Below are positions 46,835-56,405 of a stretch of DNA of 64,000 nucleotides, piece after piece (within the stretch, counting starts at the first letter, position 1; every line of letters starts with the position of its first letter). The stretch is from Candidatus Moraniibacteriota bacterium (GTDB taxonomy: Bacteria; Patescibacteriota; Minisyncoccia; Moranbacterales; GWC2-37-73): NCBI GenBank assembly GCA_003507445.1, contig DNVR01000019.1, forward strand, positions 1,367 to 65,366, given 5' to 3'. Below the pieces are notes generated by a model. The model did no database searches. It was not told the origin of the DNA and was given only the letters and a program-made list of their open reading frames with translations. A program made the position numbers and the translations under genes.

Positions 46835-47374
46835 TTAATTTTGAATAATTTCTTCAACTGCTCTTGCTACATGCTCATTCCAATCATGTCCAGCTTCAAC
46901 TTCGATAATTTTAAAATTATTAACTTTCAAAATTTCAACATTTTTCTTATCACAAAAATAATCATCATGCTTGCCTCGAATTATAATAATATTTTCTTTT
47001 GGAATTTTTTTCATTTGCTCAAGAACATCAACTTCAAGTAATAATAGAATTTGTTTAAAAGTATGCAACCAATATTTCACCGGAGCTGCTTTCCTAATTT
47101 CAAATCCCTCAAAAATTAAAAAACGTATCCAATTTACAAAATGCAGCAAGAAGCATCTTCTCTTAATCAATGGATTTATAAAAATAAATTTATAATCATT
47201 TCCGACATTTAAATTAAGAATATGGTTAGCGCCTAAACTATGACCGATAAAACATTTTGTATTTATTGGAATCTCATTATGATCATTTATCCAAATATCC
47301 AATCCATTATAGCTTTTATAATTTTTGACACATTGGATTGTTCCGGGAACCAAACATACATTATATTTACTCAT
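46835..47374 (-). CDS. Small alpha/beta-hydrolase-like serine hydrolase.
   Basis: GHSLG nucleophile motif; late HD. Confidence 0.45.
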   Translation of the reverse strand: MSKYNVCLVPGTIQCVKNYKSYNGLDIWINDHNEIPINTKCFIGHSLGANHILNLNVGNDYKFIFINPLIKRRCFLLHFVNWIRFLIFEGFEIRKAAPVKYWLHTFKQILLLLEVDVLEQMKKIPKENIIIIRGKHDDYFCDKKNVEILKVNNFKIIEVEAGHDWNEHVARAVEEIIQN

Positions 47375-47597
47375 AGTTGATTATTATTTAATATCATTAT
47401 TGTTATTTTAACACAATTTATCCGCATTTTTCAGTCACACAAAAAACGGCTCTGTAAAAACGTTTCTTATAAATTTGAGCCCCTTGCGTAATGACGTTCG
47501 AACTGGGTTTATGCAAAAGTGTTTTATAATTAATTATAAATAAAAAAAACGGCTCCTCACTTTGCAGTGAAGAGCCTAATTACATTTTACGGATCTA

Positions 47598-47795
47598 TTA
47601 TTTATAGCCATATTTTTTAAGGAAAGCATTTGAAGCCACTAAGGCAACAACAGCAATCCAAAACATTCTCCAACTTATGGGTTGGATGAGATTTGAGAAA
47701 CCGTCGTAAAGGCCACATATAAGCAATGTTCCTAAAGCGAGTAAGGACAGTACCATAATAATGGCCGCCAGAGTAATTGAAACTTTTTTCATCAT
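47598..47795 (-). CDS. Small membrane protein, 65 aa.
   Basis: RBS AAAAAGGAGAA before the ATG; two transmembrane helices. Confidence 0.45.
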   Translation of the reverse strand: MMKKVSITLAAIIMVLSLLALGTLLICGLYDGFSNLIQPISWRMFWIAVVALVASNAFLKKYGYK

Positions 47796-47834
47796 GAATA
47801 TTCTCCTTTTTAACTGCCTTTTTGGTTATTGGTA

Positions 47835-48665
47835 TCAGCGCCATTCTTTCATTTCTATTATGAAATTCTTTCTTGCTCTGTAATAATCCTCGGAGTGTTT
47901 ACTCTCTCCTTCCACGTTGAGAACTGATTCAATCTCCTCAATGCCAGCATAGGGAATCAAACCAGCTTCAAGCATATGACGAAGATCAGTTATATCATAA
48001 TTCCTCATTGATCGCAGCTTGTAGTAGGCTGTCTTGAGAGGACTTGCAACATTTAGTACGCTGCCTTGAAATTCTACAACCTCAGAATAAAACCAACGTG
48101 CTGGCAATACTTTTTTGCCCCAACTTAATGGATTTCCAAGCTCGTTTCTTCTGATGATATGGACATTAATGAAGCTCAGTGGCTTATCTTTTTGAATTAA
48201 GCCATTTTCATCAACGGCAATAATCCAGAAAAGGTAAGTTTCAGCCGTTGAAAATTCTTCCCAGTCAACACGTTTCATGAACATTGTTTCTCGACTCTGA
48301 ACTCCAAGCGTGACGAACAGGCCGTAACCTTTTCTCTCAATCCACTCTTGCAAACTTTTCAACTGAAACTCTTCTACTGCTAAATCAAGATCTCTATGCT
48401 CTCCAATGAAATCACCTAGCAAAATAGAAACACTAAGGCCACCATCAACTATCCAACTTAACCCAGAACAGTCAAAAAGTTTTTCCAGCTCGCATAACAT
48501 TGTGATGATCTGAAGTCTCCTTTCCTTCGTTAAGGCTACCCTAGTTCCATCTTCCAGGATTTTCTTTTTTTCAAAACCACCGTCGGTTTTAAAAGGGAAA
48601 GGTTGAAAGATGTTTTCTTTCGGGCAAAGATTCTCTTCAAAAAGACAACCATGTAATCCTTTCAT
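47835..48665 (-). CDS. Pol-beta-superfamily nucleotidyltransferase, resembling antibiotic (aminoglycoside/lincosamide) nucleotidyltransferases.
   Basis: WIVDGGLSVSILLGDFIGEHRDLDLAV (hGS...DhD motif); GC about 45%. Confidence 0.45.
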   Translation of the reverse strand: MKGLHGCLFEENLCPKENIFQPFPFKTDGGFEKKKILEDGTRVALTKERRLQIITMLCELEKLFDCSGLSWIVDGGLSVSILLGDFIGEHRDLDLAVEEFQLKSLQEWIERKGYGLFVTLGVQSRETMFMKRVDWEEFSTAETYLFWIIAVDENGLIQKDKPLSFINVHIIRRNELGNPLSWGKKVLPARWFYSEVVEFQGSVLNVASPLKTAYYKLRSMRNYDITDLRHMLEAGLIPYAGIEEIESVLNVEGESKHSEDYYRARKNFIIEMKEWR

Positions 48666-49036
48666 GTCTTACTCCTTTGTGTAATTCCTGATTGAGATTA
48701 TAAATCACATTGTGATTGTTTTTAAAAGAATATAATACACTATCAACAAATGAAAAGAATGTCAATATTAACAAACAAAAAACAGCTCAACAGAGCTGTT
48801 TTTTGATTATTTTGAGCGGGTAGGGTTGGAATTCCGCGTCGTTTGTTCGTCGACACTCACAAACTCCTTGTCCGCGGCAGAGCTGAATGCTCGTATTCCT
48901 CGCATTCATCTACGCACGCTGCGAAAATCTCCTGTTGAAGATTTTCTAGCTCACTTCTGCCGGTTCGATTCCCACTATTTCAATTATAATAAAACAAAAC
49001 AAGGTCCCAAAAAGGACCTTGTTTTGTTTTATTTTG

Positions 49037-49108
49037 AGCGGGTAGGGGGAATCGAACCCCCCTCCTCAGCTTGGAAGGCTGATATAATAGCCACTATACG
49101 ACACCCGC
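49037..49108 (-). tRNA. tRNA-Trp(CCA).
   Basis: GCGGGTGTCGTATAGTGGC...CAGCCTTCCAAGCTG...GGGGGTTCGATTCCCCCTACCCGCT. Confidence 0.7.
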
Positions 49109-49283
49109 CTTCGTTACACTTCGGCGGGCAAGCCCGCACGACGCAACTCTTTTCGAACTCTTACTATTATATATAAAAATAAAGTTTTGTCTAGGGCTGT
49201 GGGCGAGTTTAAGAATTTAAAGCCCCTTTTTTCTTTTTTTGATTTATGTTAGGATGTTTAAGTAATTTTTAACAGTTTAAACT

Positions 49284-49799
49284 ATGGAAAATAAAAAAGT
49301 TCTTGTGATGCTGATAGTGATTGTTGCGATTGTGTTGGGATATATGCTTTTTGCTAGCAAGTCCGCAAGCGCTCCTGTGACAAAAACTGAAACCGAAAAA
49401 GTAGCGTTGCAAGAAACCAAAAAGGCAACACAATCAACAATAACTAATCAATCTAATGAGACAAAAAAACCTATGGAATTAGAAATCAAAACAACTCAAG
49501 AGGGAACTGGCGATCGTGTGGTAAGATCAGGCGATAACATTGCCGTTCACTACACTGGAAAACTGACTGATGGAACCAAATTTGATTCAAGTGTGGATCG
49601 AGGGACTCCTTTTGAATTTCAAATTGGACAAGGAATGGTAATTGCCGGTTGGGAACAAGGTCTTTTGGGAATGAAAGTTGGCGAAAAACGAACACTAACA
49701 ATTCCATCTGAAATGGGATATGGAGCGCGAGGAGCAGGCGCAGTCATTCCGCCAAATGCAACCCTTGTTTTTGATGTGGAATTGATTTCGATCAAATAG
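49284..49799 (+). CDS. FKBP-type peptidyl-prolyl cis-trans isomerase with N-terminal membrane anchor.
   Basis: [16 protein letters not shown]...[22 protein letters not shown]...[11 protein letters not shown]. Confidence 0.85.
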   Translation: MENKKVLVMLIVIVAIVLGYMLFASKSASAPVTKTETEKVALQETKKATQSTITNQSNETKKPMELEIKTTQEGTGDRVVRSGDNIAVHYTGKLTDGTKFDSSVDRGTPFEFQIGQGMVIAGWEQGLLGMKVGEKRTLTIPSEMGYGARGAGAVIPPNATLVFDVELISIK

Positions 49800-49825
49800 T
49801 TTTCAAAAACCAAATAAAAACAGTA

Positions 49826-49858
49826 AAAGAATCTTCCTTTTTTTGGGAAGATTTTTTA
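49826..49858 (+). terminator. Terminator after the FKBP gene.
   Basis: GAATCTTCC-tttttttg-GGAAGATT followed by TTTTT. Confidence 0.6.
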
Positions 49859-49962
49859 CTTTGCCTTTTTCCTTTTGAGGCACGCTTCGCAATCGAAGAA
49901 CTATGATCGCTCGCTAAGAGTTTGCTGTCGCTCTCTGTTGCCTCAAAAGGAAAAAGGTAAAG
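49859..49962. repeat. ~104-bp element bounded by 24-bp inverted repeats (CTTTGCCTTTTTCCTTTTGAGGCA / TGCCTCAAAAGGAAAAAGGTAAAG).
   Basis: 23/24 complementary termini enclosing a GC-richer core with a CTTCG-caat-CGAAG hairpin. Confidence 0.6.
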
Positions 49963-50030
49963 TAAAAATTTCAAAAACTTTGTTTCGCGTGTAGCTCAAT
50001 AAAGTAATATATATCTACGTATTTAGATTA

Positions 50031-51260
50031 TTGCAAATTTTTCAAATATGCTATATTATAGATAGCTTTAAGTGCAATTTCGATTCAGAATTTAAGCTGA
50101 TTGCTGTAAATATAAAGAGAATGCTTTTTCAAGAGAAAAAAACAGAAACATCATACAAAAATAACAAAAATGATGTTATTTTATATCGCGATTTAAACAA
50201 AAGGGAGGAAATTGTTTCCCCCAGTTTTGATATGGAGAAAAAAACATACAAAAAGATTTTGAAAATATTTTTTATTGATCATTTTCATCTTCTTTTTAAA
50301 TCAGCAGCTCTTAATCATTTGCGTATTCAGCAGTGTAAGAACAAATCTAAGGTAGGAGATGTTTGCAATTTTAATTTCGATTCATATTCTCAACTTAAGC
50401 GTTATCAAAAAAAAGTCAGATTGTTTACTTTTAGCACATCTTTCACTGCGGCGCTGATTTTTGTTGTAGTGGCTGGTTTTCAATTGGTTGATATTCGGCA
50501 GGGGAAAAGTGCAACTTTTGGATGGCTGCAAACAGATTGGAGTGGTGGAGCAGACGTTGTGGCAACTGCTAATCACACAACAAATCAAAATGGTTGGACT
50601 AAGTTTTTTTCTAAAGATGCTGATGTAGATACAAGTAGTGGAGAAATGAAAATTGCTGGTGTGCCTGATTCCTTTGTGACAACTTCAGACACAGATTTTA
50701 ACGCTTTTGCAAAAACACAATCCTTTGTTAGTGGAACAGGTGCGGCAGGAATAATTTATGCTCAAAAACCTGATGGTGGAAGTTGTACTACGAACACAGA
50801 GTGCGCAAATGATTGGTGCAATGTAAATGTTTGTGCCAATCCTTGGACAATTGGCCCTTGCGCTGGATTTGCAGTATATAAAGAAGATAGTGGATCTCTA
50901 ACAAATCCTGGTACCTGGACTTGGAAAACAGCTAATACTGATTGCACTGCCCCTCAATGCTCACCTGTTGATGGTTATGACAGTTTGGTTGCAGATAATA
51001 ATGTTGATTTTTCTCTTTATCCTGCACGCAATGCTTGTAAAGCTCTGGGTGGTCGCTTGCCAACCAGAAATGAACTTTTGTGTATTTATAGCAATAAAGC
51101 GAGCTATGTTGGTGCGTTTAATACCAGTGGTGCTTTGTACCAAGCTTCCCAGGAAGCTGGTGTGGACAGAATATTGTACGTTAGAATGAGTGATGGCTTT
51201 TCAAATCTAGCAGGAGTTCAATATAAAACTAGTTGGAACAGAGTTAGATGTATAAAATAA
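50031..51260 (+). CDS. Membrane-anchored Cys-rich extracellular protein with a C-terminal C-type-lectin-like/DUF1566-like domain; start uncertain.
   Basis: Transmembrane helix LFTFSTSFTAALIFVVVAGF; C-terminal ARNACKALGGRLPTRNELLCIY motif. A later in-frame Met is a plausible start. Confidence 0.45.
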   Translation: MQIFQICYIIDSFKCNFDSEFKLIAVNIKRMLFQEKKTETSYKNNKNDVILYRDLNKREEIVSPSFDMEKKTYKKILKIFFIDHFHLLFKSAALNHLRIQQCKNKSKVGDVCNFNFDSYSQLKRYQKKVRLFTFSTSFTAALIFVVVAGFQLVDIRQGKSATFGWLQTDWSGGADVVATANHTTNQNGWTKFFSKDADVDTSSGEMKIAGVPDSFVTTSDTDFNAFAKTQSFVSGTGAAGIIYAQKPDGGSCTTNTECANDWCNVNVCANPWTIGPCAGFAVYKEDSGSLTNPGTWTWKTANTDCTAPQCSPVDGYDSLVADNNVDFSLYPARNACKALGGRLPTRNELLCIYSNKASYVGAFNTSGALYQASQEAGVDRILYVRMSDGFSNLAGVQYKTSWNRVRCIK

Positions 51261-51272
51261 AAGCAGTATAAA

Positions 51273-54200
51273 ATGTTTTTGAAAAATAAATTAAAATTAA
51301 AATTGTTTTTGTCCGCAGTATTTTTTTGCAGCGCTCTTTTTGTTTTCTCAATTGAAGATGCTAAAGCATACACATATTCGGCTAGCGCAATTTCTCCTGT
51401 AAAAACATATGCTTCGCAAGTTTCTTTTGGCACAATTTCTTGGACTGAAGTTTCTTCCGCGACTGGTATAAGTCCGCGACCAGCAAATTCTTTGATTGCG
51501 ATGGAGGTGCGAGCTGGAAATTCTGTTGTTCCTGATGAAACCTGGACTAATGGTGGAAATTGGACAGCTGTTACTAACGGACAAAGCCTATCTTTTCTTA
51601 GTGGTAATCAATATCTTCAATATCAAACCATTTTTTCCTATGACGACTTAAGCAATATGCCGGGGATTTCTGATGTGACAATAGCTTCAACAGCTTATCC
51701 TGTTGGTGTTTATAATCTCGTTAGTTCTCCATATGACTCTAATGATGTAGCCAATCTGTTGGCAGAAATAAAATGGAATGAGAATGTTCCAGTTGGCGCA
51801 AATGTTAAATTTCAGATGCGCAGTGCTCCTGATAATGCTGGTGCTCCAAATTGGGCAGCTGGCAGCGGTTGGTGTGGACCGTTAAACTGTGCCGCTACAA
51901 CGGCTGACGCTGATTATGCAACTGATTTTTATGAAAACACGCCAACAGGAGAAAGTTCAAACCCTGTTCACATAACAGGAAACAATGATCAATGGATTCA
52001 ATATATCGCTTGGCTGGAAAATGATAGCACAGCTATTACCCCAATTCTTTCAGATGTCACATTGACGTATGTTGTTAATATTCCACCTCAAGTGCAAAGC
52101 GTGAGCGCAATTCAAAATTCTGATGGTACGGTAACGGTAAATTATGAAATAAAAGATCCGGACACGAGCACTGGAATTTTAAATGGATCACTGGACACTT
52201 TTCTTGAATATTGCACAGCATCTTGTGATAGTCCTGGAAGTGAAACTTGGACCAACACTAGCGCACTGACTGGCAACTGGGGATTGTTAGTGGTTCAAGA
52301 AGAAAGTTTCACTGCATATTCCCTTGTTTGGACTCCTAAAACAGATTATTCAAATCAATATAATGCTAATATGAAAGTTCGTGTTGGCGTGAATGATAAT
52401 GAAGCTGCCAACAATGTGGCTTATGGAGAATCTAATGGTTTTATTTTGGATACTAAAAACCCAACCAATGTTGGAGTTGTTATTGATCACACCAAGTCTT
52501 CAAATAATCTGACACTTACCACACCTGCTGACGATTCACTTTATCAAATCGCATATTCCAATTATTCAGACTTTAGAGATGCATCTTTCGAGGATTTTCC
52601 TGTGGATAATGAAAAAACATATAGCACCTTAACTTCTGATCCTGCTACTGTGTATGTTCGAGTGAAAGATGAAAAAAATAATTATACCGACATTAGCGCA
52701 ACCACTCCAACGCAACCGAGTCATATTGTTTATTACGACACTTCAAATGAGGCTTCAAATGAATATCGCGAATTCGTTGCTTGGGACGCTGTGCCAGCTG
52801 AACAAGTCGGTAGCGGTTTTGCAAGTTACGATATTTATCGCGCGGAAAGATTGGAATCTGATAGTACTGCCACGCCAAGTTTTAGTTATTTGGATTCTAT
52901 TGCTGATCGCAGTACCAACTTTTTTACTGATTTGAATTTGGATAATAGTAAACATTATTATTATAAAGTTTTTGTTAAAGATGTTGCTGGAAATATTTCT
53001 CAATATTCTTCAGTTGTTGATGACAATCCAAATGGTCAAGGAGGATCAGATCAGACGCCGCCAACTTTGTCGAATGTAACTGTCTCAAATATTAACACTA
53101 CTAGCGCAACCATAACTTGGAACACTGATGAACTTTCAGATTCGAGTGTGGGTTATAGTGAAGACGTTGCATATCTGCCAGAAAGAGGACTGGCTTCAAT
53201 GGTTACGGCTCACGAAATCGTGCTTACCAATCTTGACCCAGGAACAACTTATAATATTCGTGTTAAGTCTCATGACAGTGTTGGAAATCTTGGGCAGAAT
53301 GACAAAGATAATCCTGGCTCGACTTCTATTCCAAATTTTACTTTTGAAACTTTGCCAGGACCTGCAATTTCAGGTGTCACCGTTCCTAATATTTCAAACA
53401 ATCAAGCCACAATAGACTGGAAAACTAGCACGGATTCTTCAAGCTACGTTGTTTATTCCGACACTATTTCTGGTGGGGCACTTGTAAATCCAAAGGAGTT
53501 TGGGACACCAGAACTTGTGGGCAGCCCTGTTGATGGAAAATATTCTCATTCTCAAACCATCACAACTTATAGCGACCTGCCGCTGGTGCCAAACACGAGA
53601 TATTATTTCTATGTAAAATCTGTCGACGGCGATGGGAATGTTTCTATTGATAACAATGCCAGTATGTTTTATGAACTTCTTACCACTGAAGACAATGATC
53701 CTCCAATAATATCCGATATTGAAACACCACTGATAACAAAAGATGGGGTTATCGTTTCTTGGACAACCAACGAGCCAGCCACAAGTAAAGTTTCTTATTC
53801 CACTACAAGCAGCGGTCCATATAGCGAGGTTGTGGAAGTGCTTACCTACGATCGTAGTCATTATGTGATATTGGGAGATCTTGATTCGGACAAGGATTAT
53901 TATTTCAAAGTGACTTCTGTGGATATAAATAATAATTCTAAAACAACAGAAGATCAGGAAACATTTAAAACGTTGAAAAATGTTGAATTTCAACATGATC
54001 CAATTTCTGCAATTACTTTTGCAGATCCAAATCCATCGATAATTACTGACACAGTAGCTGTCATTTCATTTAATACGGATCAAAACGCCAACTGTTTTGT
54101 TGAATATGGAACTGTGTCGGAAAATCTTGTTGCTGTGCCTGCAAAAGAGGGCGATGATATTTTTAATAGAGGACACAACATTCAAATCGATGGTCTTATT

Positions 54201-55535
54201 TTTCAAACAAAATATTATTACAAAGTTACTTGCGAAGATAATCTTGGCAATGTGATTTCTTCTAGCGAAAATGATTTTACGACCAAAGAAAAAAATTACA
54301 CATTGACGGGCATAGAGGATTTGATAGATTCAACAGTTCCAACAATTTCCAATGTTAAAGTCGCTGATATTAGCGGTGAAAGTGCCACTATAAGTTGGGA
54401 TAGCAATGAAAAAGCCAATAGCACGGTGAGATATGGAATTGCTGATGTTTCCGAGGTTGCTGCCAGTGATAGCGTCGTTAATAGTAGCAAGGATAATTAT
54501 GTAACTTCGCATTCAGTTGTGCTTGGTGGTCTTATTCCTGCTACCAGATATGTCTTTATTGTTTCATCTATTGATAAATCTGGTAATATTGCTCAATCAT
54601 CGCAAGACAATTTCACTACATCTTCGCCATCTTCCATTTCTTTTATAAAAGCGCAATCAAAAGAACTGGGACAGGCAACAATCACTTGGAAAACCAGCGC
54701 GGAAACAACTTCAACAGTGGAATATGGTTTGTCTACAAGTTATGGAGAGAAAAAAGAATCCACCTCTCTTACCAATGATCACTCGCTGAATCTCTCGGGT
54801 CTTAATCAAGGAAACACATATCACTTCAGGGTCAAAGGAAAAGATAAGGATGGAAAATTTTATGCTTCTTCTGATCAAACTTTTGATCCCAAATCGCCTC
54901 CTGTGATTGAAAATATTATCATAGATGAAATAACTGAGCACAGCGCAACCGTTTCTTTTTCTACCAATGTTCCAACTGATGCTACAGTGGCTTATCAAGA
55001 TGCGCAAAATAATGATAACTCAGGAACTCAAGGCGATCCTGATCTTACTATTGATCACAAGGTAAAGCTTATTGGATTAAATTCCGGAACAACATATCGC
55101 ACCACAATTAATGTCAGAGATGAACAAGGAACGCAATCAGTTCAAGTTGCCAAGGATATAATAACCAGCAGTGATGAAAATGCCCCGAAAATTGATAATG
55201 TTAAAACTGACAGTGCACTAACGCAATCAGACAAAGTGCAAGCAATTATTTCTTGGAAGACTGACGAACAAGCAACTTCGAGTATTTTGTATAAAGAGGG
55301 TAGAAATGGTGAAGAAAAAGAGCTTAAAATCACTGACAATTTGACCACGGGGCACATTGGCGTTATCACGGTTTTCAAGCCAGGGACAGTATACAATTTC
55401 AAAGTAAAATCTATCGATGCTTCTGGCAATGTCGCTGTTTCCAATGATTTCGCACTTCTTACACCAAGGAAAAAAGAAAATATCATTCAAATTATCATCG
55501 CAAACTTCACAGAAATTTTTGGATGGGCAAGATAA
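51273..55535 (+). CDS. Giant (1420 aa) secreted surface protein built of about 10 fibronectin-type-III-like repeats.
   Basis: Signal peptide MFLKNKLKLKLFLSAVFFCSALFVFS. Recurring module PxISNVxV.NI..xSATISW.T.E.A.S.V.YG...Y......LV..HS..L..L.P.TTY.F.V.S.D..GN. Confidence 0.7.
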   Translation: MFLKNKLKLKLFLSAVFFCSALFVFSIEDAKAYTYSASAISPVKTYASQVSFGTISWTEVSSATGISPRPANSLIAMEVRAGNSVVPDETWTNGGNWTAVTNGQSLSFLSGNQYLQYQTIFSYDDLSNMPGISDVTIASTAYPVGVYNLVSSPYDSNDVANLLAEIKWNENVPVGANVKFQMRSAPDNAGAPNWAAGSGWCGPLNCAATTADADYATDFYENTPTGESSNPVHITGNNDQWIQYIAWLENDSTAITPILSDVTLTYVVNIPPQVQSVSAIQNSDGTVTVNYEIKDPDTSTGILNGSLDTFLEYCTASCDSPGSETWTNTSALTGNWGLLVVQEESFTAYSLVWTPKTDYSNQYNANMKVRVGVNDNEAANNVAYGESNGFILDTKNPTNVGVVIDHTKSSNNLTLTTPADDSLYQIAYSNYSDFRDASFEDFPVDNEKTYSTLTSDPATVYVRVKDEKNNYTDISATTPTQPSHIVYYDTSNEASNEYREFVAWDAVPAEQVGSGFASYDIYRAERLESDSTATPSFSYLDSIADRSTNFFTDLNLDNSKHYYYKVFVKDVAGNISQYSSVVDDNPNGQGGSDQTPPTLSNVTVSNINTTSATITWNTDELSDSSVGYSEDVAYLPERGLASMVTAHEIVLTNLDPGTTYNIRVKSHDSVGNLGQNDKDNPGSTSIPNFTFETLPGPAISGVTVPNISNNQATIDWKTSTDSSSYVVYSDTISGGALVNPKEFGTPELVGSPVDGKYSHSQTITTYSDLPLVPNTRYYFYVKSVDGDGNVSIDNNASMFYELLTTEDNDPPIISDIETPLITKDGVIVSWTTNEPATSKVSYSTTSSGPYSEVVEVLTYDRSHYVILGDLDSDKDYYFKVTSVDINNNSKTTEDQETFKTLKNVEFQHDPISAITFADPNPSIITDTVAVISFNTDQNANCFVEYGTVSENLVAVPAKEGDDIFNRGHNIQIDGLIFQTKYYYKVTCEDNLGNVISSSENDFTTKEKNYTLTGIEDLIDSTVPTISNVKVADISGESATISWDSNEKANSTVRYGIADVSEVAASDSVVNSSKDNYVTSHSVVLGGLIPATRYVFIVSSIDKSGNIAQSSQDNFTTSSPSSISFIKAQSKELGQATITWKTSAETTSTVEYGLSTSYGEKKESTSLTNDHSLNLSGLNQGNTYHFRVKGKDKDGKFYASSDQTFDPKSPPVIENIIIDEITEHSATVSFSTNVPTDATVAYQDAQNNDNSGTQGDPDLTIDHKVKLIGLNSGTTYRTTINVRDEQGTQSVQVAKDIITSSDENAPKIDNVKTDSALTQSDKVQAIISWKTDEQATSSILYKEGRNGEEKELKITDNLTTGHIGVITVFKPGTVYNFKVKSIDASGNVAVSNDFALLTPRKKENIIQIIIANFTEIFGWAR

Positions 55536-55667
55536 TTTGAAAATCAAAATGCAAAGAACAAAAAAATTCTCATTAACTTGAGAATTTTTTGTTGTATTTC
55601 CACCCCTTTTGTCTTTTTTAAAAATATGCAATAATATTTAAGGTAAATTATTAAGAAAATATTTTAT

Positions 55668-56015
55668 ATGCGAATAATCGATGAAGAAGTTAAGAAAACA
55701 CAGGAGATTTTTAAGGTGTTAGAATTAACATCAGCGCAGATAAAAGAGCATACTGAAAAAATAAAAAATGCATTATTGATGGATATGGTTGCAGAAGCTT
55801 TTGCAGAAAAAGGTCAAATGATGGAAGATGCAAATTTTACACAAGACGACGTTGAAGATTTTTTGACTGATAATTATGAAGAAGGGGAGATTGCAGAAAT
55901 TTTAAGCAGGGTTTCGCGCGATGTGATTGTGGAATATTTTTCAAAAATATTAAAAGGTGCTGCTGAAGATAAAATTGAAAAAGTAAATGAGATTTTGACG
56001 GCAAAGTTTGAATAG
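55668..56015 (+). CDS. Hypothetical acidic protein, 115 aa.
   Basis: ORF only. Confidence 0.35.
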   Translation: MRIIDEEVKKTQEIFKVLELTSAQIKEHTEKIKNALLMDMVAEAFAEKGQMMEDANFTQDDVEDFLTDNYEEGEIAEILSRVSRDVIVEYFSKILKGAAEDKIEKVNEILTAKFE

Positions 56016-56208
56016 CATTTCAATTTTCGTATTTTTGAAAAAGATGTATAATGGGTGGGTATTTAAATGGGTATTTAATTTGTTAATAATTGTAATAATA
56101 TGATTTTGTATAATAAATTTGCAGGTATTGAACCAGAAGAGGATGAAGACGACGAAGATTGTGGCGACTTCGGTTGTTAGATAGAAGGAAAATAAAAAAT
56201 TGTTTTTA

Positions 56209-56238
56209 AACCACCTTGTTTTATGAGGTGGTTTTTTG
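56209..56238 (+). terminator. Terminator.
   Basis: AAACCACCT-tgttttatg-AGGTGGTTTTTTG. Confidence 0.6.
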
Positions 56239-56278
56239 TTGAGAAAGATTATTGTGTGTCTTAACGTATTGCATAATG

Positions 56279-56340
56279 ATACCCTCAGGGGGTATTTGAC
56301 AAGAAATACTGTGTGGGTGTAATATACCCCTAGAGGGTAT
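56279..56340 (+). promoter_or_regulatory. gdhA promoter (TTGACA, 18 nt, TAATAT) bracketed by two 17-bp palindromes of the form ATACCC-N5-GGGTAT.
   Basis: ATACCCTCAGGGGGTAT (56279-56295) lies immediately 5' of the -35. ATACCCCTAGAGGGTAT (56324-56340) overlaps the -10. Extra GGGTATTTAA half-site repeats at 56056-56078. Confidence 0.55.
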
Positions 56341-56405
56341 TGCTGCACAAGGCGGAATTTTAAATTTCCAAATAATAAGGAAGATAACTTTTAATAAAAA
56401 ATAAT

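Noticed and set aside
48826-49176. ORF 48826-49176(+).
   Set aside because: Spans tRNA-Trp and tRNA-derived repeats; spurious.
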